Assembly (NCBI GenBank): GCA_000320545.1
Contig: ADNK01002375.1
Location: 1-64,000, forward strand
Reading direction: 5' to 3'
Length of the DNA stretch: 64,000 bases
DNA from: Bigelowiella natans CCMP2755
Taxonomy: Eukaryota; Protista; Cercozoa
Below are positions 25,707 through 39,723 of this stretch, one piece after another. Within the stretch, counting starts at the first letter, position 1. Each line of letters opens with the position of its first letter. A program made the translations under genes and the position numbers. Under the pieces are notes generated by a model. The model was not told where the DNA came from, did no database searches, and saw only the letters and a program-made list of their open reading frames with translations.

Positions 25707-26951
25707 TCACTGAGAGATAGCTTGAACGTGTGTAAAAGACCAATCAAGAAGATCGCCATTGTCAGTAGTAACTGCAGTAAGCAGATGCGTTGGATTCAGA
25801 TCGTCGTCTAGTACAAGGTGTGGACGTTCACGGCGAACGTAAGTGATGCTACTTCCTCCTTCAACGTCAGTCGAAAGAGTAAAAGCGGCAGTGTCCGCCA
25901 TGGTCCAATTAAAACCATCTCTGGAAAAAGCATGGGCTCCAACGTAAGGATTATTCCAGCTGTGAAACAATGCATGCAAGTAACCTGCAGCATCTCTGAA
26001 CATGAAAGTGTCCTCCATACCGTTATTTAGGGCTGGTTGTGCAGCTAGCTTAGAGTCTACAAGGTGATATGAGCCATTCCAAGAGTCAGCAGTCGCTAAC
26101 CAAATTGCGGAGTTGGGAAGTGGAGCTGGTGATCCCCATGACCGAGTGAATGTAAGAATGTTTCCGTTCTCCAGAACAACAGGAGCATGGGATTCGAAGC
26201 CGAGATTTGCTTCAGTCCAATTCCATTTGGCCAAGCTCATATTTTGTCTCTCCCATGGCCCATCGAGGGTGGGGGCAAAGAGGATGTCTTGGCATGCACG
26301 TTCATATGATTGATCTGTTCCTGGGCAATCTCCAAAGGTCGTCCCGTTGCTGCAATGAGTGCAGGGCCCCACAAGACCCGTACCGTTCGATCCAGTGATA
26401 GCTCCATCAGCGCAGCCAATTTTATACATAACATAACCTTCATCTACTTTCACAACTGTCGGTTCATGTGCAAAGAACCCAATTATCTCCTTCTCGAATT
26501 TGTATGGACCCATAGCATCATCCGAGGTAGCGTGGACAATCCTAGAGTTTCGAAGCCAAGAGTCTAGACCACATCCTTGGGTCATCTCTGACACAAATAG
26601 ATGCCATCGTTTGTCGTTCTCAGGATCTTTCCAAATGGATCCTCCCCAAGAAGCAAGACCATTGCCATCTCCATCAGGGTATTGTCCGTATGCCGGAGTA
26701 GACTTTGCAGGCATAGGCATGAGGTTCAGTTCTCCACAGTCGTCGCCTTTCCATCCCTTGAAGCATTCGCAGACGCTATCTTCTAAACAATGTCCGTTTA
26801 GGTTGCAATCCTCGTCTGCTGTGCATTGGAAATCAGCGTCATGCACTTTGTGAACCTGTCGGTCATCTTTCGTCGTGTGTGTGTTCCCAGGGATGAGGGC
26901 ATTCGCTACAATGGCGGTAGCGAGAATAAAGGTGGCACGATGGTAAATCAT
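25707..26951 (-). CDS. Secreted EGF-like + five-bladed beta-propeller glycoside hydrolase (GH43/GH117-like superfamily), intronless
   Basis: 414 aa ORF: signal peptide, CTADEDCNLNGHC..CECFKGWKGDDC, SWGGS, WHLFVSEM..CGL..W..NS.IVHA, FAHEP, EDTFMF, RRERPHL. Confidence 0.8.
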   Translation of the reverse strand: MIYHRATFILATAIVANALIPGNTHTTKDDRQVHKVHDADFQCTADEDCNLNGHCLEDSVCECFKGWKGDDCGELNLMPMPAKSTPAYGQYPDGDGNGLASWGGSIWKDPENDKRWHLFVSEMTQGCGLDSWLRNSRIVHATSDDAMGPYKFEKEIIGFFAHEPTVVKVDEGYVMYKIGCADGAITGSNGTGLVGPCTHCSNGTTFGDCPGTDQSYERACQDILFAPTLDGPWERQNMSLAKWNWTEANLGFESHAPVVLENGNILTFTRSWGSPAPLPNSAIWLATADSWNGSYHLVDSKLAAQPALNNGMEDTFMFRDAAGYLHALFHSWNNPYVGAHAFSRDGFNWTMADTAAFTLSTDVEGGSSITYVRRERPHLVLDDDLNPTHLLTAVTTDNGDLLDWSFTHVQAISQ

Positions 26952-27556
26952 CTCGTGAACAAATGAGAAAGGAGCAGTTTGGGAGACAGTTGTCCTTCGA
27001 GCTCTGGGGATGGTGGAGGGTGAGATGGAAGACGGTTTCGGCGCAATGGCGGTCAGAGTGACTTTCCTTCATAGCGACTTCAATTAATTCATGTCGTTCT
27101 CCAAAACAAATCTTCATCTCCAAAATGAAGTGGTGCATGCGATTCTTTTGGGTGAAAGTCACCGCTTCAAAATCGTTTGTAGCGGGGGTACCTGGCAGAA
27201 GTACCCTGCATTTTTAATGCGCTTTTTAAAACTACACAGCATGATTTTAATATTTCTTCGGGGGAAATATGAGACTCACACGAAATTCTCTAGAGTCTTG
27301 GATAGCTTAAACAGGATAAATTGGAATAAATTACACTTCTCCATTCGAAGATTTTATTAATATCCAGGATATTTATAGAATAATTATCAATATAAAAGCG
27401 TATCTTCATCCAATTACCTTGCTTTCAAGGCTATGATTTTTACAGTTGTGCCTTATTTTACCTTGCGCATTTCAGCACCACTCTGGAAGGCTCTCTCGTT
27501 AATAGAGCAAGCCTTCGCATTCCTTCCTCCTTCCAACACACTTTCATTATCTAAAC

Positions 27557-28720
27557 ATGGAGGCATATCAGAAGTCAAGAGGGGGATTCTCTTTTAACCT
27601 TTGTGACAGGTGATTTTAGTGAATAGGTTTATTTCGCACGCTTCTGCCGAAGCAGATTTTCTACCTTCCTTTGTGCATGTTATTTAGCTGCTGCTTTCTT
27701 CATTTTGCAGGAACAAACTACTTTCATCCGATGGTAAAGCTACTGTCCCCAAAACTAAGAAAACGGGAACTACCATCTGTGGGGTTGTTTACAAGGTCAC
27801 TAATATGCAAATAAAAATGTGAGCTGGTTCAAAATTAATGAGAGCAATCATTAGAACGGCGTCGTCTTGGGGGCCGATACCCGTGCTACGGAGGGACCTA
27901 TAGTGTGTGATAAGAATTGCGAAAAAATCCACAAGATCACTGAAAATATTTGGTGCTGTGGAGCTGGTACCTCGGCCGATACTGAAAACGTCACAGGTAA
28001 ACGACCGCATGGTCTGGCCGACACTGATATATTTTTATTGACTGAGAATTTCAATACCAACGAAATAATTAGGACTCATTGGTTCACAACTTGAGCTCCA
28101 TCGATTAGCAACAGGAAAGGAACCGCGTGTTATCACTGCATTAACTCGTCTGAAGCAACGGCTATTCCAGTACGATAAAACGATTAAAAAAACCGTGTAT
28201 TGCTTAACCGGCTCACTCTTGAATCCGTCAGGTATCAAGGATACATTAGTGCTGCTCTCGTTCTTGGCGGGGTCGACTGCGATGGACCTCATATTTATAC
28301 TGTGTGGCCTCATGGGAGCACTGATCATCTCCCGTACGCTACCATGGGTTCCGGTAGCTTAGCTGCTATGGCAGTTTTTGAAGCCAGCTACAAGGATGAT
28401 ATGGATGTAATTCATTCTGAGTTTGTTTTGTGCATCAGATGCTAAACATTTTTTTTTCCCAGGAGAAAGAGGCTATAGCACTGGTAAATGATGCGATCCA
28501 GGCTGGAATCTGGAATGATCTAGGCTCTGGTGGAAACGTAGATGTGATGGTCATCAACAAAAAGGGTACTAAAATGCTTCGAAATATGGTAAAACCAAAC
28601 GACCGTACTTTCCACGCGAAGGGCTTCTATAAATTCCCAAAAGGAACAACTGCTCTAGCGGAAGAGGCTAAAAAGAGATTCGCGGCTATGTCTGTTTCCA
28701 CCATGGAGGTCGATTCCTGA
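27557..28720 (+). CDS. PSMB7: 20S proteasome subunit beta-2 (PUP1/PSMB7)
   Basis: Spliced: GGFSF propeptide, [12 protein letters not shown]|[65 protein letters not shown]. Confidence 0.97.
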
Positions 28721-28789
28721 GCATCTCTATGTACAAGGAAGACAATAAATTTATTCTTTAGAAAAGACAGCAATTGCATCCATAAACAT

Positions 28790-29500
28790 AATTGCTAGAC
28801 CACCTAGCCAGAGAGATTGTCTGGTCATGTCCATGCATGCACGCGAGCTAGCGCGAGACGGCAGATCAATGCTAGAATGTACGTAATGCAAACGTAACAA
28901 TTGCATATTTTCAATGTACTCGTGATTCATTTTAATTATATGTGGCTGTGACAAAGCTGCGGCTACAGCGCAAATATGCGGATGTATATAGATGACAGTA
29001 TGCACTGCTATAGATGCTCTAGTGCTCTAGTGCTGTCTAGCTGTTGTTGCTAGATTGCAGAGCGGGTCGCCCCGCGCAAGCAGCACGTACTACATAGATG
29101 AGCACTTCACAGACTAGTAGAGCACTGGAGTATAGTGGCATGCAAGAAGCACTAGAGCACACTACTAGACTACCCAAGCATCGTAGACTCTGCTAGCTAC
29201 CGCTCTGGCTAGCTAGCGCTAGCTAGCCACAGCATGGATGGAGCAGCTGCAGCATGCTAGCATATGTGGATCGAAATGGCTTCATGCGTTCATACGTTCG
29301 AGCTGCTGGCGCTGAACAAATCCGTCCCACATCAGCACAGGCTGGCTAGCTCTAGAGCTGCCTATGACATGTGAGCATGGGCAGTGTCCACTGAACAACT
29401 ATGACGCTAGATGATGAAACGGCTTGTAGCGTACCGCTGCGATCTCTAGATCTAGCGATGCGCATGCGGCAAAGGACATATGAAAGCCTCACTGTTACCT
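28790..29500. other. CTAG/GCAT-rich intergenic island between convergent genes
   Basis: Most TA in 29010-29470 are in CTA/TAG context, with many CTAG. Confidence 0.7.
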
Positions 29501-29880
29501 AGTTGTGTGCGATCGATGCACTGGTACGTAGGTAGATACATGTATGAACATGTGTGCGAAAAACTAACGTAACGTCAAGAAATGTCTGCTCACCGGTCGC
29601 ATCGGCGGCGCCAACGAAGACTGCTAGACTGTGATGAGATAACGATGCGAATAAGCAACATATATGAATAATGTATACAGGCTTTGGGGTACGGTGCATG
29701 CAATTACTGTTATACGTGTCTAGATATGTACCTTAGTTCTATACAAAAATGTAGAACACAGCAGGCATGTCGACGCTATAAAATAACGCATCCTACAAGT
29801 GGCCAAGCTAGCCCGATTATTGGCGACGATAGCTGCTGCTTCCGTTTGTCTTCGATAAAAGATAATATGTAGAAATTGAT

Positions 29881-31151
29881 CTATCTCTTTTTTTGTTCCA
29901 AAGCTTTCGAGAAACAAGAAGCCGCCTGCACAAATAATTTATATTTTACCAAATCTGTGGTTGAATTTATGACACCATTTACACATTCAAAGTTCACCAT
30001 TTCGTCCGTTGCATATCTATCACTGCCAACTTTTTGATCATCCTAAAAAAATGTTTCGCATAGGAAAGCTGGTCACATTACAACATCAACTATAGCTTTG
30101 AAACCAATTGTAGCTGTCTGACCGGGTATGTGATGTCGGCGAATATGTTTCCCTCTGAATCTATTTTTGTTTGGAAGCATCTCTGTGATACTCTCTGCAT
30201 CAAGTATATGGATTTTAATTAGGAGAAGAAAATTTACATTTTCGAGTAGAATAAAGGAAATCGTATGCGGTAAATCGAAATCATGGGTGGATTGGTGTGT
30301 TGTTTTATGCCTTTCCAGGTGCCCAGGCTTTCACCCTCTTCACTTTTCCGTTGGAATCAAATTCAACTCCCTATTAGTGTTAATGAAACAATCATTATTT
30401 CGTTCAACGATAGTTGTAATACCACAACCTTTGAGTATTTCTTCCCAGTTTTCAACGAAATAGGGTGGCTATGCCATGGGCACTTGATGCACGGGTCTTA
30501 AATTTATCCAAATTAAAAGAGTGAACTTTCTTATTGGAAAGGACGGAATGTGTCATTAAATTGAGTATCACCTCCCGGAACAAGCTCTTCAATATCACCT
30601 AGTGTAAGAGGCCCCCCCGTATGGTAGCAAATACCTGGTGTAAATTTAAATATACCATTAGCTCAATTTAAATATGCGTTACAAGTTGAACCTACTATCT
30701 AGGCAGTAGATTTCCTCCTTGTGGCGTAGAAGACTTACTCTCCTCCCCCCAACTTTAAGATGTAGCCTATTTGAATACAGGAGTATGAATAAATCACGAA
30801 ACAGTATCTCCGAGTATCAAACCTGTTTTCTTTTTGTAGATCTTTGAGCGTGGCGACCTTGACAAAGTTATCCTCTTTTCCACGAGCATTCTTCGGAATG
30901 CTGCTAGAAGAACCATAACTTGCCATCATGCTCGCGTCCCTCTCTCGCCCCGAGGAAGTTGCACAGTTGGCTGATCCGGGACGTCTTCGTCGTCTTCCTC
31001 GTCTCCGTCTTGTGAGGGGCAAACGACAACAACAATACAACAATTTTGCCCACCATTTCGTAGGAGAGAACCTTTTGGTATAAACCATCTTAAAAATCTG
31101 TCTCACTGTCATTCCAATTACAACAACAACAACAACAACCGTAACAATCAT
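29881..31151 (-). CDS. Rieske [2Fe-2S] domain protein (RFESD-like) with a hydrophobic N-terminus
   Basis: Spliced: VGGRRVSLLRHKEEIYCLDS|ICYHTGGPLTLGDIEE, PCIKCPWHSHPISLKTG, SQRCF, VGSDRYA. CxH and CPWH ligands intact. Start uncertain. Confidence 0.85.
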
Positions 31152-31319
31152 GATGATGAAACTGATCAAAACTGCTCATTTAATCCTTTCCCACCTCTCC
31201 CCTTCATAAATCCAAACGCCAGTCTTCTTTTCGGTGAGGTGCCTTTTTTACGGAAATTGCTATCAATGCTTTTGCTGAAGTGATCAAAATACGACATCAG
31301 ACTATAAGTTGCAAGCAAA

Positions 31320-33200
31320 ATGAAACTCACTCGGATTATGGGTCAAAAACAAACAACAATTGGGCAAATGGGCACATTTAATAACATAGAACGAAATCAT
31401 ATGCAATGTTTCCCTGAAGTAGACTTTTTGTGGGACTAATTTTTATGCTCTTAGTTTGTGGACGCACGCGGCAGGACAACTTGAAAAATGTAGATGAATT
31501 TAAAATGGAATTCTTTGATGGTTATGCTTCACAACGCTGACTTCTGCTTAGGTTAAGACTCTAAACTACTGGGGGGCAAATCTTCAGAATGTAAGAGCTG
31601 TATCCTTTATATGTTTATAACGGGATAATAGTTCTCTTAACGAAAGGTTGACCTGATTAAAGATATGCCAAACGTGGAGGTGCTATCCCTCAGGTGAAAC
31701 CCATTACAATCGAGATTTTGAATACACATTTTGGACAAACGTGCGCAGCTTTTTTTTCGACATAAAGTTAACGTTGCTGTCTTCTCCCCCTTTACAATGT
31801 GATTAAACGTATTTTCCTGCAACAGTGTAAACAGAATCGATAGTCTGGAAGCGTTCAGTAATTGCAAACGGCTCCGAGAACTATACCTAAGGCAGAACAA
31901 CATCCAGCATCTCGGTGTGTAAGCACGTGCGCACTAGAAAACAAAGCTAGACTTGTGTAAACCAAAGATGTTATTCATGCTCGCATTCTGAGTGCCGTTG
32001 TATTGTTGTTACTAGATGAAATAAAGTATCTAGAAGGTCTCCCACTCGAAGTATTGTGGTTGACCGGAAATCCCTGTGCGGAAAATCCTGACTATCGGTG
32101 CTACGGCAGCTAATGCAGCACCTTTTTGCAGTCTTCTCTATATTTTTCGCTTTTTCTACGCTCTCTAATCACAAAAGCGTAACACTTACGTGTTCAGAAA
32201 AATATTAGACTTTGCTGAACTCGTCTGAAATTAAATATTGATCTACAAAGACGGTTCATTATCTCGCGACTACCAAATTTGAAAAAACTGGATAACGATG
32301 AGGTGGCTTCGATTCCAGTCGACAGGCCTCACTCTCAAACAGAACGACGCACCTCAACAAAACCTCCTAGATTAATACAACCCAGAGAAACGACGCAGGC
32401 ATGACATACTTCCTTTTACGATTTTTTTCGCTTTACTAATGCTGGTCAGTAGATATATCCTGTTCATTTAGAAACACAACATTGAGTATTCATCTTAAAA
32501 TTCCCATACCAGAGGCCCAAGGTATCACCGGGAAAGTTCCGTCCTCGAGAGGGGGCATTCCAGAATGCCGATTGGGGAGAGGAAATATCTCTTAGCAGTG
32601 CGCGTCAGCAACGTCAATCCTTCCAAGCGTAAATTTCTCTCCAACTCTTTAGTAATCATTCTGATCCCTTATGTATTTTTAACCCGCATGATGTGTCACA
32701 GCGAAGCACATTCAGAAGATTTTAAGATTGAGGTATCGAGCTATGTTGCTTTGGATCCTCGTATAATTTAGGATACGAATGTGATATACTTTCCCAGAAT
32801 TTTCGTGATTCTACGCGTCCTGGGCAAAAAAAACCATCGGATAGAGGTAGACGATCTGATCGGCCGGAGCAGAAAAAGAAAGATCAACCGAGAGTATTTA
32901 CGTCAAGACAGGCTCCCTCGAAGGGCAATCACGGTGGAGCAATTACCATTTCCATTCAGGACAAGTCATAGCTATGTTTATGTTTTACTTTCGTCTATTA
33001 TTTGTGCAGGGTCTAGGGAGATGCAACACAATATTTTGTCAGCTTGTTTCTCTCTAATTGAGGTAATATTTTTACATTAAAAAATGCTAGAATGTGACAC
33101 CTTCTTGTTTAAGACATTGGACGATGCCAGCTTACTATGGCTAAGAAAAGAAATCGACGCAAAGTTAAGCAAAAATAGAATGGCAAAGTTATCCCAGTAG
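31320..33200 (+). CDS. CFAP410: Cilia- and flagella-associated LRR protein CFAP410 (C21orf2)
   Basis: MKLTRIM|V, VKTLNYWG, MPNVEVLSLS|VNRIDSL, LRELYLRQNNI, VLWLTGNPC, RLPNLKKLDN and C-terminal NILSACFSLIE|TLD domain. Confidence 0.9.
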
Positions 33201-33825
33201 AATATAAGTAATTGCAAAATCTAGAGTAATCATTCAAAGTAATTGCAAAATCTTGAGATGGTCATCAATTTTATTACACAATTGGGAGGCTTCAACTCAT
33301 AGTTCCATAATTTTTATAGCCTCCAAACCACATGAACACCACGACATTGGTGAAACAAATTAATACAAACGAGCCCGATCCACTGATTAGACTCAAATGA
33401 CCCATCTTGAGTATTGTTTGTCGCTTGCTTAAGCTGCGCCAGTGGCCCGCCAGTACGCAAGTGATCCAGGCTCATACGCTATGTTATCCTGGGTTTCATT
33501 TGCAGTGAGCGCAGTACACATGAAGTTGTTCGCATGATGCAGTTTTTCAGAATTCTCTGTATAAGCCTCGCCCCCTGCAGTGGCATCTATCTAAGATATA
33601 ACGCGCTAGCGCTGCACTCTATTCGTTGCATTAATGCGCTCCAGGCACAGTACGTTGCAGCATCCACATTCATGCAGGATCTTCATTTCAATGGTGAGAG
33701 GTTCATAGGATGAACACATAGCGCGAACTATTCTATCAGTTTAAAGTATCCATGCCATGACAGCCATCTTACTGCAGTGTCTACTTTTGAAACTCATATG
33801 AATGCGTATCGTACTAGCTCAATAC

Positions 33826-34311
33826 TTAATTCTTGATGCTCTCAAGAGCAGATAAGAGCTTTAGGAGTACATCACCATGACAATCAAGCGGTTTACACCA
33901 GCAACCTAATATCTTGCCTTTCAATTCTCCGATATCTTTCATTAATGGTCCTTGTCCTCTCTTTTTTTTTGTGCATGGATTCACACCAGATATAATCCAT
34001 TCCTCGTACAATTGTAAGCTCCTTTTCCTTCCATGTTTTTTCACAGAGAAAGGATTGTGCCATTTCGAATGAGATGCTCCTTCAACGAATCTCACAGATC
34101 GGCCTTTAATAATCAGTACATTTACTCAAAATATCGATACTAGTAATTAAAGCTAAATACCAATGTAGACATGGGAAGGGTCTTCAGTCCATTGTTTTAG
34201 ATCTTGGTAGTGCATTGAATTTAGATTCTTTTTTCTCACACAAATGCACATCCCCTCCCCTTTAAGGTCGACCGAATTCGTGCTCTCTGCATTTCCAGCT
34301 GGAGCACTCAT
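33826..34311 (-). CDS. DUF4326 family protein
   Basis: HVYIG|RS..SKWHNPF..ELKGKILGCWCKPLDCHGDVL; one 57-nt GT-AG intron at 34104-34160. Confidence 0.85.
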
Positions 34312-34692
34312 ACGAGTACGAGTAGTCGGTTTGAGCAATGAGCAAAAAGGGCAAAAACCTCGGAAGGAGAAGGAGCATGCAAAATCAACGAGCAATTTCT
34401 GTACAGCGACTTACACCATTTCATGTCGCACTGTAAACCTCGATGCTCTATTCTTTTCTCCTCTCCAGACGAGGCGATTACGTGGTAGCGTCTGAGCGGT
34501 CGATGTTGGATACCTGCGGGGGTTTTCAGTGAGCGACAAAGAAATTAGTTGAAATTAATTATTCGTGGAAACTATTATCACCGCAGAACGACGAAGGGTG
34601 ACCACACCACCACGCCGACTGACAAGGAGAGGAGAGAGTACAACCTTCCCCTGACGACGGGAACCCCATCCCGTCCGATCCGATACGATGAT

Positions 34693-36063
34693 ATGTTCTT
34701 TCGTGATACTATTACTATGTGTTGGATTCGAGGGATCTACAGGTAATGCAGTTAGATTTACAGCTCGTATAGTTTGTTGGAGACGACGTGCCAAATACCT
34801 TAATTCTCAGGTTTTGTTCGAGTCAACCCAAGGGCTCAGAAGTGGCAAGGAAGGTTTATAACTCCGTTGTAGAGTATGATCATATTAGTTCGAATGGACG
34901 TAATAAAATAGTTAATTTCCGACACTGTTGTCCTCTTCCAGGGCCGGTAGTCCAGCTGTGCAGCTGAGCACATGGAACCAAGGGACGAACAAGCTCAACA
35001 ATGGCGGCTCCTCCCACCGCGTGACTCGGACCAGTCATCCTCGATTGACTAGTGGTGGTCTGAATGGTGGTAGCAGGATGAGAACGATGCACCAAGTAAT
35101 GGACACGTCAATGTCAACTCAAGAGTTGCCTCCGCGACGTCGACGATATCAAGCCTCATCGGTCTCCAGATGGCCACGATAGTGAGTACAAAACTCATCA
35201 CCTCACCTCTAGTAATAGCCTAATTGACTACCAAATAAACTCACAAACAAAAATCTTTGAATTCTGCATGTTCAGCAGTCTAACAAATTCTGTGGATTCT
35301 GCCCGAAGATCGCTGAGGAATATTCGAGACAGCGGAGCTATATTTCGTGGTGTGAGCGCAAATGTTGCTACTACAGCAGCACAGCAACAGAAAACAGCGA
35401 GCGGGGATGAAATGCCACTTGGGCAAATGATGAGAGCCCTGTGGAAGGAGTTCTGGCCGAAGAATGTGATACTGCAGTTAAGAGTGTACATGGCCCTTGC
35501 GCTCCTAGTCGCTGCAAAGGTGGGGGTGTTGAAGTAAAGCACTGAGTATGCACTTCACAGTAAGACTATGTCGTCTTCACTCCGTCGTGTACTTATGTCG
35601 TCATGAATTTCACCATGCTTTGCCCTTCTACCCCCCCCCCCCTTTTTGTGCAAACGCATTAACTACTCTTGATGACCACAGGTGCTCAACGTCCAAGTGC
35701 CTGTGATTTTCAAGAACACAATTGATGCTTTGGGGAAGGCAGCTGGTAAAAACCGATGTTGAAAGTAGTAGCCGCTACCTCCTATTGTTATAACGTCAGG
35801 ATATGCCTAATTTTGTCCCTCTAAACACCGTCGTAAAACCAAATTCCGTCATCGAGCAGGCGGTATAGCTGTAACAGACGCAATAGCTGCGGTGCCATTG
35901 ACCCTCCTTGTGAGCTATGGTAAAAGAATAGAATGAAGGGAAGGGCAGATAATTATTCATATGATCCTTCGTAACGAGAGTTTTAACCATGAAGTTCACA
36001 AATCCTAATGTCAGAAACAATTGCACATATGAATTTATACACCGCACTCTATCTCACTCTCTC

Positions 36064-36141
<78 letters not shown>

Positions 36142-37060
36142 TATGACAGAAATTTTCACTGTGCACAGGTATTGTTCGGATTGCAGCAACCGCTTTTAAT
36201 GAGCTACGATCGATTCTCTTCGCAAGGGTGCATGTAACATATTATTTGCTAGCAGCAAAACCGTACTAAGCTTCTCTCTTTTCTTTTCCCCTTCCTTAAT
36301 GGCGGCTCTCTGTCCTAACTAACTACGCACAGGTATGTCAAACTGGCGTACGTAGCATATCACAAACGACTTTGGACAAGCTGCTAGGAATGGACTATTC
36401 TTTCCACATCAACCGGCAATCAGGAGGTGTGTGACACTCCTGACAGCACATATTGTCCTTTTAACAACATCATCAATGATGTGATTTCGTGCTGAGAATT
36501 AGTCCATCTTCTTTTTCACATTCTCTTACGTATTGTTGCTCTTTTTTTCGTCTTCTCCTCCTCCTCCTCCTCCTCCTCCTCGTTCTCCATCTATGTTATA
36601 TTATCGTTGCTCGATTAGCTCTTTCAAAGGCTATCGATCGTGGCCATAGGTATTCAAACCGTATTATGTGACAAGGTGTTTTCACGGTGGTAGTGGTGGC
36701 CACTGCAAGAACGACAAACTAAATAAAACACTAAATAGGGTGTGCTACCTCTGAGCAAATTTTATACAATACATAGTTACGTATCTGCCCATCCATTTAC
36801 ACACACGCGCGCGGGGGGGCGCACGCACGCAAATCGAATAGCCTTGCCTGAGTTACAGCGTCTGCATTACACCTTCAAAACCTCATTTGAGTGCTTTTGT
36901 CTTTGAATAAAAACCGGTAAAACTTGTTTCTAGATCGATCGATTTTGCACTTCGAGCACTCACATTCACGATCTTGCCTACGATTTTGGAGGGATTCTTG
37001 GTTGGAAAACTCCTACTTGAGGTAACTGTGAGAAAAATGTTATGAAAGCAATTATAGACA

Positions 37061-37101
<41 letters not shown>

Positions 37102-37116
37102 TTCTCGACATACGCA

Positions 37117-37149
<33 letters not shown>

Positions 37150-38136
37150 CTATAGAAATGCGGATTGACGTTTATGGCGGTCACATTCCTAACGATGGGT
37201 TCGTATCTGGTAATGATTGATGGTGATTCGATGATGATAATGGCGATGATGGAAAGACTCAGAAATGACGATGATGGCGCCAAAGACAAAACAATACGAA
37301 CAATATGCCATAACATTAGAACCTTCTAATTTCCCTTATTTTTGAGAAGAAGACGATAGAACAGTAAAAGAAGCACAACATGTTCAATTTTCGGGATCAC
37401 TATTCCTTCTTGCAACCCAAAGCGAATCGTCGCTTCGGCAACCCCCGTTATCCGCATCTTATCGACGTAACACCCATTATTATTCTGCCCAGGTGTACAC
37501 AATTGTACTGACGCAATGGCGTACAAAGTTTTACAAACAGTAAGCAGATTATAAGCAGCAACATACATCATGAAAATGAGAGAGCGATGACGAACACTTA
37601 GTTAGCTGCGCTACACACCCAGCATCCAAGCCCCCCTTCCCCCCCCCCCCCTTGACCTCGCAATGCCGTGACATACTACCACCCCTTACAGAGCAAATGA
37701 GCTCGAGAATAAGGCCTCATCTGCAGCGCTGGATAGTCTGTTAAACTTTGAAACGGTTGAGCTACTGCTGCTACTTAACAATTGTCTTTGTCGTAGAAGT
37801 GGGGGAGTGTTTGTGTGTTTGAAACATTGATTTACTAACAGTAGTATGACTGAGAAGTAGTTGCAGCTCGATCTTAGACGCGCCGGCGCTCTAACTCATG
37901 TGTTTCCGTCTATTGTTATATCGTTATATCCTTATCATCTTCACGCTTTCTCTGTCTGCTGCTTCGCACTTTTTTCGTCTCTGCCTGCTCCTCCAACTAT
38001 TACTACTGCTACTGCTCCTATTGCATTAGGTCAAATATTTTGGCAATGAGAAGTTGGAACTCACTCGATACGAGAAAATACTCAAGGTATTAACTTGGGA
38101 TCAGTGAAGTATTCGTTCTGGTTGAGGTGCAAGGGA

Positions 38137-38196
<60 letters not shown>

Positions 38197-38249
38197 TGTG
38201 TGTTTCGCCTTTATCCTGTCCTTCAGCCCCTTCCCCCCCCACCCCCCCT

Positions 38250-38293
<44 letters not shown>

Positions 38294-38470
38294 ACACACA
38301 CACACACACACACACTGTATACCTATATATTTATGTTATGAAGGAGCACCAGGAGGCGTATTTAAAATCTGTTCGCAGTCTTAGTCTTTTGAACTTCGGG
38401 CAGTCGCTTATCTTCTCAGCCGGTACTAGTAGTAGTAGTAGTAGTAGAAATTCAGTGATCATTGATTTTT

Positions 38471-38507
<37 letters not shown>

Positions 38508-39677
38508 GCGGCGGGGGGGGGAGGGGATCTCACGATGATATCGGGTAAAGAGGTCGCTACAACTGAGAATTTTAATGATGTTTCAATCAAATGCATCATG
38601 GATAGTATATGCATTTGAGTATTGTCATCATTGTCGTTATTGTCGTCGTGTATTACTCTGGCGCTCCCTCTCATCTACAGCATGATATGGTGCTTTTCCA
38701 TAGGTTTAACTGTGGCTCTCTCGATGTCTGCGCGTGCTATTCTTGCCGGAACTTCTACACTGGGAGATATTGTCATGATTCAAACACTGCTCCTCCAGCT
38801 GTCTCTGCCCCTCGCCTGGCTTGGGTAGATAGAAAGGGGGGAAAGAAGAAGAAGAAGGAGGAGGAGGAGGGGGAGGAGGAGCAAAATAGTAGTGATAACA
38901 AGTACTGCATTACTGCTTTCGCTTCTCCTGATTGCGTGGGGATTGGTACGATGGCGTATAACGCAAAGATATTTAATAAAGTCTCTGATCTCTCAACCTG
39001 ACAACTATTCCCTTGAACAGATCTCTCTACCGTGAGCTCCGCCAAGCTAATGTAGATATGGCAACGATATTCAACCTCAGAAACACGCGACGGTACTGTC
39101 CACGATATGAGCGGCATGTGTTTTCGCAGCGATCGACCAGGATGAGAATGTTGTATGTGTGGTTGGAGAGTGAAATCATGGAATTCGCCAAATATGAGTA
39201 CTCGACTTCATCACTTCTCTCACTACTACCTATCAACGAACCAGCGACGTGGTGGATGCGGAAAAGTCTCCACCGTTGGAGGTAGTTGAAGAGATATGAG
39301 CCGTGTGCGCTGAATATAGCTGGACTGTGCAGCACAGTATACGATGATGCCAAAGGGACCAATCAATCAATCGTCGCCCGTTGTCCTTCTTTTGCCAAAG
39401 TTTCCTTTCGTTGGTAGACATTAGTAGTGGTTGGGGAGCATTCCAACTTACCAATAACAGCCAATGCGCCCCTGAATGATTGCAGGGGCAAGAAGAAGAA
39501 AAAGAACCCCCGCTTCTCTCCATTAATGTTCCTTTGACACACTTTGGTTTCTATGCAGGTTACAAAGGGAAGGATAGAGTACCAGAATGTTCATTTTGGC
39601 TACAATGTAACAAGGAAAATTCTAGACGGGGTGAGTGCAAAATGCAAGAAAAGAAAAGGAGAGAGGGAGGGGGGGGA

Positions 39678-39723
<46 letters not shown>

